This document shows positions 18,832 to 28,855 of a stretch of DNA of 64,000 nucleotides, piece by piece. Position numbers and translations under genes: made by a program. The notes under the pieces are model-generated. The model was given only the letters and a program-made list of their open reading frames with translations, was not told where the DNA came from and did not search any database. The DNA is from a virus (taxonomy: Duplodnaviria > Heunggongvirae > Uroviricota > Caudoviricetes). The stretch's first letter is position 1. Each line of letters begins with the position of its first letter. The stretch covers positions 10,382-74,381 of the IMG/VR virus record IMGVR_UViG_3300021255_001482. One strand, 5' to 3'.

Positions 18832-21800
18832 ATGGCAACAAATGAATATACAATAAGCAAAATACAATTACCAAGTGGTGATGTTTGTAATATTAAAGAT
18901 ACTACTTATTCCGCGGGAACTGGCATTGGAATTTCAGGCACTACAATTAGCAATACGGGAGTCACTGGTATAAAAGGCAACTCAGAAAGCAGTTATAGAA
19001 CCGGACAAGTTAATTTAACTGCGGCGAATATTGGGGCGGTTGCTAGTAGCGGGAATGAAACAGTAACTGGAAATAAAACTTTTTCTGGAATTACTAATTT
19101 GACAATAGGTTCTACTTATTCTGTAACTAATGGCACTGTTATTCCAGCAAATGCTTCAGCTATTATTCAATCACCAATACCTAAATATTTATGGCATGAT
19201 ATATGGGCTTTTTGTAGAGCGACTACACCAAAATATTATACTTCTACCAATGGTTCTTCTTGGATAGAGTCAACTCTTGAAAAAAGATTATTTAGTCATA
19301 AAGAGGCTTGGGGAAAATCTAACGTTTTATCTTCTTCTATCAAAGGATCTAGATGGGTATGGTTAAATGGTGGTTTTTACGCATCTGCTGCTTCTTGGTT
19401 AGTTTTGGGCGTTACTTATAACTATCCATCTGCACATTTTAATTTAACTTTAGAAACAAGCGATGATGGTGGTTCTAATTGGACTATTTTAATGACTGCT
19501 ACTGATTTATATTATTCTCAAACTCCTATTTGGATTAGAAGTATTGGTACTTGTCAGGATAGTTTACGGCTAACTTTAACTTGGAATAATAATAGTGAGA
19601 GTAATGCTGCATTAGGATTATGCTCCATTAGATTCTTGACTTCACGTTGGGGTGATCAAGGTAAGGGTGGTGAATATGAATATCCTTATACGTGGGATAT
19701 CAATTATAATATATCACCATTAAGCGAAGCTAAATTTATTGGTCCATTAGAAGGTAATGTTACAGGAAACGTCAGCGGAACTGCCACAAATGTAACCGGT
19801 ACAGTCGCAATTGACCACGGAGGAACTGGAGCAGCTACAGCCGCAGGAGCAAGAACCAATTTGGGTTTAGGCTCAATGGCAACTGAAGCTGCCACAGATT
19901 ATTTGAAATTAAGCGGTGGGACAATGACAGGACCACTTAAATGGACTAGCAGCAGTGCTTTACCAGAAAAAGCGGCTCCAGAATATTTTCTTACTATTGA
20001 TACTTTTGCTAGTGGAGGTACTACTTATTGGGTAAGTAAAGCTAACGCTAAAAAGGCATTATTAGATACTAACACAACACATAATAATCAATTCCTACGA
20101 AAAGACGGAACTTGGACAACACCACCATATCCAGTAACAAGTGTCGCTGGCAATACAGGTGCAATTACTGCTGACACTTTACGCACATCACTCGGTCTAT
20201 CAAACGCAATGCATTTCCTAGGCGTTACGACTACAAATATATCTACTGGAACCGCAAATACAACTGCTACAGTTTCCATTAGTGGTTCAAATGTAACTGC
20301 GGCCGCGGGTGATGTTGTGTTATATGGTTCTCAAGAATATGTGTGGGGCAATAGTAAATGGAATTTACTTGGTGATGAAAGTTCATACGCTTTAAAATCA
20401 ACCACACTTAGCGGCTATGGAATTACAGATGCTAAAATTACAAATGGAGTTATTACTTTAGGTAATAACTCTATTACTCCTTTAACATCATCTAATGATA
20501 TTGTTATAGAAAAAACATCTCCGCTTTTTACACTTCATAATGAAAATATTACTCGTGGTATTGCTCCTTCAGCCAATACCTATACAAGTATTCAATTTAA
20601 AAGCAAAAAATCAGATAATAAAATATTAGGTGTTATCAACAATCTTTATCAAAGTGATGGAATAATGAGAATGGAATTTCTAACCGCCACGCCTTTGACA
20701 ACAAATGATGCTGTCTATCATGGTATAAGATTATTCCACACAAGCGAAAATGTTTCTAGAGTTGATTTTGATGTATCTAAATTGTCAACCACTGGTGTAT
20801 GGGATACTGATATAACTATAAATAAAGGAACTGAAACACAAGCAAATTCATTTTTTAGAGTCTCTGCGGGCGGCCGTGAAATGTGGTTTTATGCTAATAA
20901 TGTAAATGGTAATTTAGCTCGTGGTATATGGTTACCCGCAACTGGAACTGGCACAGGAAAAAGTGTTGTTAGTATAGATGATAATAATAATATCTATTAT
21001 AATTCTGGTAAAGTAAATGGAGATTTATGGATACAACCAACTTCAGCGGCAACTGCTACATATTTAGGTATAAGAAACACAGCTGGAGCATTATATTTTT
21101 GGCAAAGTAGTAGTAGTACAAATGAGCCTAATAAAGGTATTTATATCGCTTCGGCTGGCGATACTAATACAATTGATGACTCACCTTTATTTGAAGTAAA
21201 TCAAGCTAATCGTATTCGTCGTTGGGCCGATTACAATATTGGAATACAATATAGTACTAATTTTTATTATGCTTCTTTAGATGTAACTAAAAACGCACAC
21301 GCCAGGGGCGGAACTGCCGGTACTGTTGTTTATCCTTCTAACTGGAGTTTAACGGATACAAATGGAAACATAGTAACTCGGTTAGAAGCAAATATTTACT
21401 CTGCTACTGGTAACACTAAATCTGAAGATGATGGAAGAGTAGATGCCTATTGGTATGTAAGGAATAATTATAATGGAAGTAGTTTTGATGCTTTGGGAAT
21501 TAGAATGACTATATATGCTTCTGGAACAAAAGCTTATCAAATTCAAAATCCTGAATTGTTTAAAGCGGCATTATTTGAATCCACTCCTGCAATGAATCCA
21601 CTTATAAAACACTTTAATGGCATAGACCAACATTGGGGCATTGGTAGTGTAGTACAAGCGGCAACATCGGGCACAAAAGCATATTTAAATAAACGCACTT
21701 TTATGGTGCTAACAGATGTTGGAATGGGATTATGGAACAGTACAGATGAAAAATGGGGCTGGTCATTTCAATCTAATGGCAATGATTTAATTTATAGATT

Positions 21801-23685
21801 ATATCAAAATCCTGCTGAAAGTTCTCCCGGCACGCTTAAAGTAAATGCCAAGTTAGCCTTTAAAACTAACGATAGCAATCCAGTTGGCAGTGCTTCAACT
21901 CCTATTTTCTTAGATGGAAATGGTAAAGCTACCGCTTGTAGTTATACTTTTACAAATTATTTATTAAAATCTGGCGGTACAATGACTGGTGAACTTACTG
22001 TTAATGCAGCAGCTAGTTTCATATCAACATCAACTAGTACTGCAAGATATATATATTTTAAAAATACCGCCCTAGTAACAACTTCACCGAATATAGTCAT
22101 GCAAATTGGTTTAAGCTCTAATAATCAATATCATGGAATATATTCTCAAGGATATTATGATGGAACATCATTTACTCCAACAGGAGGTTGGTTAATTGGA
22201 CGTAATGCAGAAGGTAAAGCAACTATAGGTGGTAGCACCAGTAGCCCAATGGGAGTAGAATTAATAGGAAACACATCTGTAATTAATGGGTATTTCTTTG
22301 TCGGAGCTGATTCTGATACTGTTTCACGAAGCGTATATGCCACTTCAAATTCTGGACGTATTTGTTTGTACTCAACCGGTAATAGTAATGGAAATGGCAA
22401 TCGTGGAGTTTGGATAGCAAAACAAGGAAGTAATGGACAGGAACATGCGATTGTAAGCGCAGATGCAAATAATCAGTCAAGAATTAATTTAATGCGAAGC
22501 AATGATAGCTTTATTAATTTATATCGCTATGACGTAACAAGAGGAACTGCACCTAGCGCTGCTAAATATTGGACAATAGGATGTTATGAAAATTATTCAA
22601 GTGACACTAAACGCCTTGCTTTAATTGATGCTCACTATAATACAGATGGTTCTATTTCCGTAGAAATGATGACCCAAACTCCAGTAAGTACCAATGAAAA
22701 TGATGCTTATCGTGGAATTATGATTACTCAAAATCCAGATAAATCTTCTATTACAAATTTAAGAACTGATGAGATTACAGCTTCAGGCCATTTATATCCA
22801 GTAACCAATTCTGCGACAACTTTAGGCACAGATACAAATGCATGGAAACAAATATTTATTCAAAATACTAGTGGCTCTAATGGAGATATTACCATTAAAC
22901 GCGGTTCAAGTGTATTTAAAATAGGATATGGTAGCGATGATACAAATTATGGACTATATGATGCTGCCACTTCTCAATGGATGATATATTCAGATGGAAC
23001 AAAAACTATTTTGTCAGCAATAACCACTGGTGCAATAAATGCAACTGGGAGTATTGCTGCAACTAGTAACGTATGGGCTGGTACCACTACAGCCTCTGGC
23101 GACCATGAAGTTTATGCTGCATCTACAATAGGACGTATTGGTATGTATTCAGATGGCTCTAAAGACCGTGGTATTTGGATCTATAAAGATGCGCCAGGAA
23201 AACCAAATTCTGCTTTTGCCGCATTAAAATATAATAATAATGATAACACTATGACAATAAAATGTAATCGCATATTAGCGATAGAAAGTGATGATGGATT
23301 TTTTGGGTATGGAACAACTGTAAATGGATGGAATGGAGTTACTGATAACTCATCGCAAATATTTGGTTCTGCTGCTTATAAAACTTATATTCGTTCCAAT
23401 AATAATCCTTTATATCATCGCAGAAACACTACCACTTATATGATTCCAGATGGAAGAAATAATTATGCTACCAATACAAGAATTTGGGGAATCACATTGC
23501 CAACTAATTCCAATAATACCACAAATAAAAATAATACAATAGAACTAGTTGTAGATAATAATTGTTTATTCTTATGGGATAACACTAATGCCAAAACACT
23601 TTGGCAAATACCACCAATAGTATATAGCACAACCACTCCATCCTCTCCAACCGAAGGTATGATTTGGTTACAACCGATTTCATAA
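18832..23685 (+). CDS. Large tail fibre/tail-associated protein (1617 aa).
   Basis: It has classic fibre motifs: IDHGGTGAATAAGARTNLGLG and two LSGGTMTGPL / KSGGTMTGEL repeats. The RBS is GAAGGGGTGATAAA. Confidence 0.7.
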   Translation: MATNEYTISKIQLPSGDVCNIKDTTYSAGTGIGISGTTISNTGVTGIKGNSESSYRTGQVNLTAANIGAVASSGNETVTGNKTFSGITNLTIGSTYSVTNGTVIPANASAIIQSPIPKYLWHDIWAFCRATTPKYYTSTNGSSWIESTLEKRLFSHKEAWGKSNVLSSSIKGSRWVWLNGGFYASAASWLVLGVTYNYPSAHFNLTLETSDDGGSNWTILMTATDLYYSQTPIWIRSIGTCQDSLRLTLTWNNNSESNAALGLCSIRFLTSRWGDQGKGGEYEYPYTWDINYNISPLSEAKFIGPLEGNVTGNVSGTATNVTGTVAIDHGGTGAATAAGARTNLGLGSMATEAATDYLKLSGGTMTGPLKWTSSSALPEKAAPEYFLTIDTFASGGTTYWVSKANAKKALLDTNTTHNNQFLRKDGTWTTPPYPVTSVAGNTGAITADTLRTSLGLSNAMHFLGVTTTNISTGTANTTATVSISGSNVTAAAGDVVLYGSQEYVWGNSKWNLLGDESSYALKSTTLSGYGITDAKITNGVITLGNNSITPLTSSNDIVIEKTSPLFTLHNENITRGIAPSANTYTSIQFKSKKSDNKILGVINNLYQSDGIMRMEFLTATPLTTNDAVYHGIRLFHTSENVSRVDFDVSKLSTTGVWDTDITINKGTETQANSFFRVSAGGREMWFYANNVNGNLARGIWLPATGTGTGKSVVSIDDNNNIYYNSGKVNGDLWIQPTSAATATYLGIRNTAGALYFWQSSSSTNEPNKGIYIASAGDTNTIDDSPLFEVNQANRIRRWADYNIGIQYSTNFYYASLDVTKNAHARGGTAGTVVYPSNWSLTDTNGNIVTRLEANIYSATGNTKSEDDGRVDAYWYVRNNYNGSSFDALGIRMTIYASGTKAYQIQNPELFKAALFESTPAMNPLIKHFNGIDQHWGIGSVVQAATSGTKAYLNKRTFMVLTDVGMGLWNSTDEKWGWSFQSNGNDLIYRLYQNPAESSPGTLKVNAKLAFKTNDSNPVGSASTPIFLDGNGKATACSYTFTNYLLKSGGTMTGELTVNAAASFISTSTSTARYIYFKNTALVTTSPNIVMQIGLSSNNQYHGIYSQGYYDGTSFTPTGGWLIGRNAEGKATIGGSTSSPMGVELIGNTSVINGYFFVGADSDTVSRSVYATSNSGRICLYSTGNSNGNGNRGVWIAKQGSNGQEHAIVSADANNQSRINLMRSNDSFINLYRYDVTRGTAPSAAKYWTIGCYENYSSDTKRLALIDAHYNTDGSISVEMMTQTPVSTNENDAYRGIMITQNPDKSSITNLRTDEITASGHLYPVTNSATTLGTDTNAWKQIFIQNTSGSNGDITIKRGSSVFKIGYGSDDTNYGLYDAATSQWMIYSDGTKTILSAITTGAINATGSIAATSNVWAGTTTASGDHEVYAASTIGRIGMYSDGSKDRGIWIYKDAPGKPNSAFAALKYNNNDNTMTIKCNRILAIESDDGFFGYGTTVNGWNGVTDNSSQIFGSAAYKTYIRSNNNPLYHRRNTTTYMIPDGRNNYATNTRIWGITLPTNSNNTTNKNNTIELVVDNNCLFLWDNTNAKTLWQIPPIVYSTTTPSSPTEGMIWLQPIS

Positions 23686-23713
23686 TGAGCAAAATCAATA
23701 GGAGGTTAATATT

Positions 23714-24487
23714 ATGGGATTTATGAAAGAAACTTATTCTAACAATCGCGCAGGTTTATTAGTAACTTTTGGAGGCAATGAACCAACACCCTCATATACC
23801 CCAACCGACAGCGTTCAAGAAGCATTGGAATACTTTAATCTATATGAAGAAAACGGAATCATCTATTCTCGCACTGAGGCAGAAGAGATTTATGACGAAC
23901 TAGGAGTAAATACCACTACCGAAGTAGAAGAACTACGCACATCTATAAATGCAATTACCGCTACACTTTCAGATGAAGCGGCCGCAGAGCATCCAATTCT
24001 GTTTAAAGAATGGAAAACTGGTGTAAATTATGCAGCAGGTGACCGCATTCGTTATCGTCAAGGTCTTTACAAAGTACTTACTGCTCATACTTCACAAGCA
24101 ACTTGGACACCGGACGCCGCGCCAAGTCTATTTGCAATTCTATTAAATCCAGACCCTGATATTATCTATGATTGGATTCAACCTGATTCTACAAATGGCT
24201 ATGCAACTGGCGCACGTGTGCGTCACAACGGTGATATTTGGACTTCTACAGCAGATAATAATGTTTGGGAACCTGGCGCAGTAGGAGCTCCTTGGGTATC
24301 TGACACAGAAGCACAGCAAGAATCAACAACTGATGAAATTCCAGAATGGGTTCAGCCCGATTCAACCAATGCGTATAAGACTGGCGACCGTGTAATGTTT
24401 GAAGGCCAAGTTTATGAATCTACAATTGATAATAATATTTGGTCTCCTTCTGCATATCCTGCTGGTTGGCAATTAATTACTACTTAA
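23714..24487 (+). CDS. Protein with three ChtBD3 (CBM5/12)-like carbohydrate-binding repeats.
   Basis: Three repeats are present: WKTGVNYAAGDRIRYRQGLYKV...TWTPDAAPSLF, WIQPDSTNGYATGARVRHNGDIW, and WVQPDSTNAYKTGDRVMFEGQVYES...PAGWQLI. Confidence 0.55.
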   Translation: MGFMKETYSNNRAGLLVTFGGNEPTPSYTPTDSVQEALEYFNLYEENGIIYSRTEAEEIYDELGVNTTTEVEELRTSINAITATLSDEAAAEHPILFKEWKTGVNYAAGDRIRYRQGLYKVLTAHTSQATWTPDAAPSLFAILLNPDPDIIYDWIQPDSTNGYATGARVRHNGDIWTSTADNNVWEPGAVGAPWVSDTEAQQESTTDEIPEWVQPDSTNAYKTGDRVMFEGQVYESTIDNNIWSPSAYPAGWQLITT

Positions 24488-24576
24488 TGAAATAAAAACC
24501 ACAGATAACAAAGAGCAATCTCACTTCTTTATTTAGAGGCAGGATTGCTCTTATTTGTTAAAAAGGAGGTTTTCAT

Positions 24577-24771
24577 ATGAATATAATGACTAAGCGCGGT
24601 TCACAAGATAATATGGTGACATATGAACATTATTGTGATACAGCCGCAGATATGGCTAATATTGATTCAAAATATATTACTCTCGGTTCAGTTTGTATAG
24701 TAGTACAGGGTGAAAGCGGAGATTTAGATGTGTATATCGCAGGGAGCGATAAGCAATGGCATCTTGTATAA
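24577..24771 (+). CDS. Small hypothetical protein.
   Basis: It has an AAAAGGAGGTTTTCAT RBS. Confidence 0.4.
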   Translation: MNIMTKRGSQDNMVTYEHYCDTAADMANIDSKYITLGSVCIVVQGESGDLDVYIAGSDKQWHLV

Positions 24772-24784
24772 GGAGGTATAATCT

Positions 24785-26722
24785 ATGGATATTTTAGATA
24801 TTATCATAGCGAAAAAGAAATCCTTTACAAGTGAAACTGAAAAATTAACTAGACAAGCGCAAGAAGCAATGGCAAAAGCCAATGAAGTAACCACAAAAAT
24901 AGATGAAGCACAAGATGCTTTGGATGCCGCAGAAGCCGCAAATACTCGCGCGCAAGAAGTTGCCGATAATTTTGATGCTTTGCAAGAAAATGTTAGCAAC
25001 ACAGTAAATACTATTGTTGACGGGAAAATTGAAACTGCGATTTCTTCTATTACTTCTTCTGTAAATGAAGCTAATTCTAATGCTTCAGCCGCACAAACTG
25101 CCGCAGCCGAAGCGATAACAGAAGTAGATGTAGTAGATGCAAACACATCCGCGGCAAAAATTAAAAAGACTCGTGTCCGCAAGAAGGGTGTTCAGCAAGC
25201 CTATGAAACAATGAAAAACTATACATCTACCGGTACTAACGAAGATGGTAGTATGACTCAAAAGGCTATTACACAAGCCTTACAAAATCAAAAAACAGAA
25301 TTAGAAACTAAAATTAAGAATATTCCATCTGGTGGAGGCTCTGGTTCTGGTAATATCTCTGGTAATATTTCAGCGGAGGATGCGGGTTCTATTGTAGCCG
25401 TTGATAATGATGGCAATATTACTTCAAGTACAATAACAGAAGAGGACATCATTCTTACTCAAATTATTGCAGGTACTTATCAAAATGATAATATTATTGG
25501 CTTAGAAATAGATTATGTAAATAAAGTCTTTACTCGCCTTCAAGGCGCAAAAAATAAAACCGCCGGCCATGATTTTGATAAGTACACTATGCTAGGTGGA
25601 AGAAAACGTTGTCTCGTAAATGAAGATGGCAGTATTATTCGCTTCTTGACAGCTTCAGATACTATTGAAGATATAGCTGATAAACGTATTATGGTATATC
25701 AACCACCTTGTTATTTTATGCGTATTCCTTTATCTACAACGATAACAGCAAGTGGTATTAAAATAAATAAAGAGCAAATTTATCTTTCTGACACAAAATA
25801 TGCGGGTTTTGAATTACATCCCATCTTTAAAGATAAAGATGGTAATGAAGTTAAATATATTTTATTACCGGCATATGAAAGTGGCACTTTGCGCGCGAAT
25901 GGTGAATTTGTAAAAGACGATAAACAAGATATCAACTTCTCTACCGATAAATTAGTTTCAATAGTTAATACTAAGCCAATAAGTGGATATACTCAAAGCT
26001 TTACTTATGAAACTGCACAACAAATGGCTGAAAATAATGGGGAAGGATGGCAATTAACTGATCTACGTTTTGAATCATTACATCAAATGTTAATGAGTAT
26101 TGAATATGGTTCTATGAATTTACAAAATACATTTGATTTAGGCCTTTCACGTGTTAACATTAGCGGTGAGGTAAATATTTCTTCTATTTCTGGCTCTACA
26201 CATTCATTATTAAATGAATCTGGCAGAGCTGAAAGCACTACAAATATAACTAATGGAGCAACAAATGTATATAATGAAGAGGGTAAATGCGCCATTAGTT
26301 ATCGCGGACTAGAAAATCCATATGGTAATATTTGGCGCTTTATTGGTGGAGTAGAGGTAAAAAGCCGTGTGCTCTCATATAATGGAGAAGAAATTGGTTT
26401 TAAACTTCCAACTGTTCCTGGATGGATTAGTGCCTTTGGCTATGATGAAAATTATAAGTGGGCTTTCTTACCAATTGAATGTGAAGGTAGCAGCTCATTA
26501 CCAGTAGGAGATTATTCACATTTAACTAATAATACAACTATAAATTCTGGTTTAGCTGGCGGTTTAATTAATTCACAAGATAACTGCGGACCGTTTTACT
26601 ATGGTTTTAATGTAGCAAAAGCTAATTATCACTATCGTAGTGATTCTGCGCGAATAATGCACATTCCAACTGCCGGTTCAGCTATTGAATTAAATAACTA
26701 TCGTGCTTGGATAAATTCATAA
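24785..26722 (+). CDS. Coiled-coil N-terminus plus a beta-rich C-terminal domain: putative receptor-binding/tail protein.
   Basis: It has a AAGGAGGTATAATCT RBS, an Ala/Glu-rich coiled-coil and a GGGSGSGNISGNIS linker. Confidence 0.5.
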   Translation: MDILDIIIAKKKSFTSETEKLTRQAQEAMAKANEVTTKIDEAQDALDAAEAANTRAQEVADNFDALQENVSNTVNTIVDGKIETAISSITSSVNEANSNASAAQTAAAEAITEVDVVDANTSAAKIKKTRVRKKGVQQAYETMKNYTSTGTNEDGSMTQKAITQALQNQKTELETKIKNIPSGGGSGSGNISGNISAEDAGSIVAVDNDGNITSSTITEEDIILTQIIAGTYQNDNIIGLEIDYVNKVFTRLQGAKNKTAGHDFDKYTMLGGRKRCLVNEDGSIIRFLTASDTIEDIADKRIMVYQPPCYFMRIPLSTTITASGIKINKEQIYLSDTKYAGFELHPIFKDKDGNEVKYILLPAYESGTLRANGEFVKDDKQDINFSTDKLVSIVNTKPISGYTQSFTYETAQQMAENNGEGWQLTDLRFESLHQMLMSIEYGSMNLQNTFDLGLSRVNISGEVNISSISGSTHSLLNESGRAESTTNITNGATNVYNEEGKCAISYRGLENPYGNIWRFIGGVEVKSRVLSYNGEEIGFKLPTVPGWISAFGYDENYKWAFLPIECEGSSSLPVGDYSHLTNNTTINSGLAGGLINSQDNCGPFYYGFNVAKANYHYRSDSARIMHIPTAGSAIELNNYRAWINS

Positions 26723-26725
26723 GAG

Positions 26726-26989
26726 GTGGTTAAAATGAAAACTTATAATTCTACCTATTCCACAATAGAACCACCCAAAATTGATATAACCGCAACAAAA
26801 GTTTTTCTAGCGACAAATATTCAAGAAATTGAGCGTGAAGTAGAAGATACAATAGAACATTGCTATCAATACACACTTACTGAATATGATAAAGACGAAT
26901 ATCTTGCTATTCTTTCTCAAAATCAACAAGATATTGAAGCGTTACAAGAAGAATTACGTGCGGCTAAAATACTATTGGGGGTGGAGTAA
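26726..26989 (+). CDS. Small hypothetical protein.
   Basis: It has a AGAGGTGGTTAAA RBS. Confidence 0.4.
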   Translation: MVKMKTYNSTYSTIEPPKIDITATKVFLATNIQEIEREVEDTIEHCYQYTLTEYDKDEYLAILSQNQQDIEALQEELRAAKILLGVE

Positions 26990-27394
26990 TTGGGAACATT
27001 AGTTGATTTAGCGGTTAAACTCCGCCCTTTCATTGAGAAAGCGGCTTTAAGCCTTGATGATGAAGATGCTTTAGAAGCGGTTCAATTATTTCCGCGCTGG
27101 AATGAAAGCGCTGAATATAAAACAGGCGATAAAGTCCGTTTACAAAATGTACTTTATAGATGTCTACAAGACCATATTGCTCAGCCAACTTGGAGTCCAA
27201 TCGCAGCTCCAAGTCTCTGGGCAAAAGTTTTAATTCCAGACCCAGAAGCTATACCAGAATGGGAACAACCAGACAGCACTAATTCCTATCAAATAGGCGA
27301 TAAAGTCATGTTTGAAGGCAAGACCTATGAGTGTGTAATTGCTAATAATATATGGTCACCAGCAAGCTATCCAGCTGGATGGAAAGAAATCTAA
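26990..27394 (+). CDS. Two-repeat ChtBD3-like carbohydrate-binding protein (TTG start).
   Basis: Two repeats: WNESAEYKTGDKVRLQNVLYRC...TWSPIAAPSLWA and WEQPDSTNSYQIGDKVMFEGKTYEC...PAGW. This is a paralog of 23714-24487. Confidence 0.5.
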   Translation: MGTLVDLAVKLRPFIEKAALSLDDEDALEAVQLFPRWNESAEYKTGDKVRLQNVLYRCLQDHIAQPTWSPIAAPSLWAKVLIPDPEAIPEWEQPDSTNSYQIGDKVMFEGKTYECVIANNIWSPASYPAGWKEI

Positions 27395-27397
27395 TAT

Positions 27398-27426
27398 TTG
27401 ACTCTTAATAAAAACTATGCTATAAT
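27398..27426 (+). promoter_or_regulatory. Conserved promoter family member.
   Basis: TTGACTCTTAATAAAAACTATGCTATAATTATT. Confidence 0.5.
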
Positions 27427-27493
27427 TATTACATCAGGAGGAGGAAAGGAACTCCTACCTGATGTAATAAAATTTATAAGGAGAGGAACTTAT

Positions 27494-27796
27494 ATGAAGT
27501 ACTACAGTGATGTAACTAAGAAGTTTTATGACAATGCTAATGATTGTCTAGCTGCTGAGCGCGAAGTAATTGCCAAGCAGGAAAAGGAAGAGTATGAAAA
27601 GAAGCGTATTGCGGCCGAACGTAAGGCTGCCGCTGAAAAGGTTGAGGCTGCCCGCAAGGCTATGAACGAAGCTCAGTCTGCCTATAAGAAGGAGCTAGAG
27701 GCTTTCTGTTCTAAGTACGGTAGCTATCATTACTCTACCAAGGATGTTAGCGACATCCCAACTCTATTCAATGATATCTTCAATATTTTTCATTGA
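27494..27796 (+). CDS. Lys/Ala/Glu-rich hypothetical protein (100 aa).
   Basis: The start is at ATG 27494 after ATAAGGAGAGGAAC. The consensus promoter at 27398-27426 lies inside the longer track ORF, so the shorter start is favoured. Confidence 0.45.
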   Translation: MKYYSDVTKKFYDNANDCLAAEREVIAKQEKEEYEKKRIAAERKAAAEKVEAARKAMNEAQSAYKKELEAFCSKYGSYHYSTKDVSDIPTLFNDIFNIFH

Positions 27797-27824
27797 TAGT
27801 AATTGCCCGTGAAAGCGGGCATGC

Positions 27825-27913
27825 GTCCGTATACTCAAGTGGCTGAAGAGATTTGTCTTGAAAACAAAGAGGCCGTGATGAGCGGCGCGAGGGTTCGAAT
27901 CCTTCTACGGACG
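27825..27913 (+). tRNA. tRNA-Ser (anticodon TGA), type II.
   Basis: Acceptor GTCCGTA/TACGGAC, 3-bp D stem, anticodon loop CTTGAAA, long variable arm, T-arm GAGGG-TTCGAAT-CCTTC, discriminator G, encoded CCA. Confidence 0.6.
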
Positions 27914-27920
27914 CCAATAT

Positions 27921-27992
27921 GTGGTCGGTAGTTTAACGGTAAAACTCCTGGTTGTGGCCCGGGTAATGCAGGTTCGACTCCTGTCCTTCCAT
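27921..27992 (+). tRNA. tRNA-His (GTG) candidate with an imperfect acceptor stem.
   Basis: G-1, D stem GTTT/AAAC, anticodon arm CCTGG-TTGTGGC-CCGGG, T-arm GCAGG-TTCGACT-CCTGT, CCA encoded. There are two central acceptor mismatches. Confidence 0.35.
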
Positions 27993-27996
27993 CCAT

Positions 27997-28070
27997 GTCC
28001 CACTGGCGGAATTGGCATACGCGCTAGATTAAGGTTCTAGTTTCTCCGAGTTCAAATCTCGGGTGGGATA
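27997..28070 (+). tRNA. Class-I tRNA with anticodon AAG (Leu-type anticodon), atypical.
   Basis: Acceptor GTCCCAC/GTGGGAT, anticodon arm CTAGA-TTAAGGT-TCTAG, T-arm CCGAG-TTCAAAT-CTCGG, A73, CCA encoded. The short variable arm is unusual for Leu. Confidence 0.35.
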
Positions 28071-28074
28071 CCAT

Positions 28075-28103
28075 TTGACTTCTTACATAAATTCTGATAT
28101 AAT
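28075..28103 (+). promoter_or_regulatory. Conserved promoter driving the ncRNA leader + tRNA-Val transcript.
   Basis: TTGACTTCTTACATAAATTCTGATATAATATTTATAG. Confidence 0.55.
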
Positions 28104-28326
28104 ATTTATAGAAAGAACGGAATCCACCCGATATGGCTGTGGCTACAAGGTGCGGAAGGGTGGCGGTAGTATTACGCCTCAATTGGCGAAACGATATGCC
28201 AATTGAGGATGAAATAAAGCATAATAACGCAAGAGAGTAATACATGACGTAAGTATTTAATTGATAGAGAATGTAGCCGTGCTTCTGGCGGTGCGTTACC
28301 GACATACTTATGGACGCCAGATTTAT
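28104..28326 (+). ncRNA. Promoter-driven structured leader RNA upstream of tRNA-Val (unclassified).
   Basis: There is no ORF. It begins just downstream of the promoter at 28075-28103. It contains a perfect 11-bp hairpin CCTCAATTGGC/GCCAATTGAGG and a CCACCC...GGGTGG helix. Confidence 0.35.
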
Positions 28327-28399
28327 GGAGGATTGACGCAATTGGGAGCGTGTTTCCCTTACAAGGAAAAAGTTGGCGGTTCGAGTCCGTCATCCTCTA
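28327..28399 (+). tRNA. tRNA-Val (TAC).
   Basis: Acceptor GGAGGAT/ATCCTCT, D stem ACGC/GCGT, anticodon arm TTTCC-CTTACAA-GGAAA, T-arm GGCGG-TTCGAGT-CCGTC, CCA encoded. Confidence 0.65.
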
Positions 28400-28402
28400 C
28401 CA

Positions 28403-28527
28403 AGACCCATACAGCAATTTACAAGCTGGACTGAAAATCCCGGCAACTGTTGGTTCGAATCCAACCTACCCCACCATTTATGGGGTAGTGGCGAAAGTGG
28501 CAAACGCACGTGAAAGACAGTGGGTCT
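28403..28527 (+). ncRNA. Y-RNA-like / permuted-tRNA-like module E1.
   Basis: Outer stem AGACCCA/TGGGTCT with box ACAGCAATT right after the 5' arm. Inside: T-arm GTTGG-TTCGAAT-CCAAC, acceptor-3' CTACCCC, A, CCA, linker TTTAT, acceptor-5' GGGGTAG, then D-arm-like GCG..GG..CGC. Confidence 0.45.
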
Positions 28528-28534
28528 AGATTAT

Positions 28535-28607
28535 GGCTAGGTAGCTCAGATGGTAGAGCGTTGGCCTGAAGAGCCAAGCGTCACTGGTTCAATTCCAGTC
28601 CTAGCCA
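28535..28607 (+). tRNA. tRNA-Phe (GAA).
   Basis: Acceptor GGCTAGG/CCTAGCC, D-arm TAGCTCAGATGGTAGAGC, anticodon loop CTGAAGA, T-arm ACTGG-TTCAATT-CCAGT, CCA encoded. Confidence 0.7.
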
Positions 28608-28624
28608 CCAATTCCGCATTGCGG

Positions 28625-28728
28625 TTAGGCACACACAGCAATTTTCTTATATGTAAATGTTGAATGATATAGAAAATTGAATCGCCAAATACTAAAGGCC
28701 GTCGTTATTAAGCAAAACGAGTGCCTAG
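28625..28728 (+). ncRNA. Hairpin module E2 with the conserved box.
   Basis: 5' arm TTAGGCAC plus box ACACAGCAATT. 3' arm GTGCCTA about 80 nt downstream. The interior is AT-rich with a D-arm-like GCC-AAATACTAAA-GGC. Confidence 0.4.
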
Positions 28729-28774
28729 AAAAAAAGTTGATACTTAATCAAGCTTTTAGTATTTGGTATTATCT

Positions 28775-28846
28775 GTCGGTATAGTTCAACGGATAGAACA
28801 TGACACTTCTAATGTCATTATCTGGGTTCAATTCCTAGTACCGACG
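28775..28846 (+). tRNA. tRNA-Arg (TCT).
   Basis: Acceptor GTCGGTA/TACCGAC, D stem GTTC/GAAC, anticodon arm TGACA-CTTCTAA-TGTCA, T-arm CTGGG-TTCAATT-CCTAG, CCA encoded. Confidence 0.65.
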
Positions 28847-28855
28847 CCATGTTAT

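Noticed and set aside
28104-28402. tmRNA hypothesis (long RNA ending in a tRNA-like T-arm + CCA).
   Set aside because: The 3' portion folds as a complete standard tRNA-Val with its own acceptor 5' strand only 73 nt upstream. No GGGG… 5' acceptor partner or tag-peptide reading frame was found.
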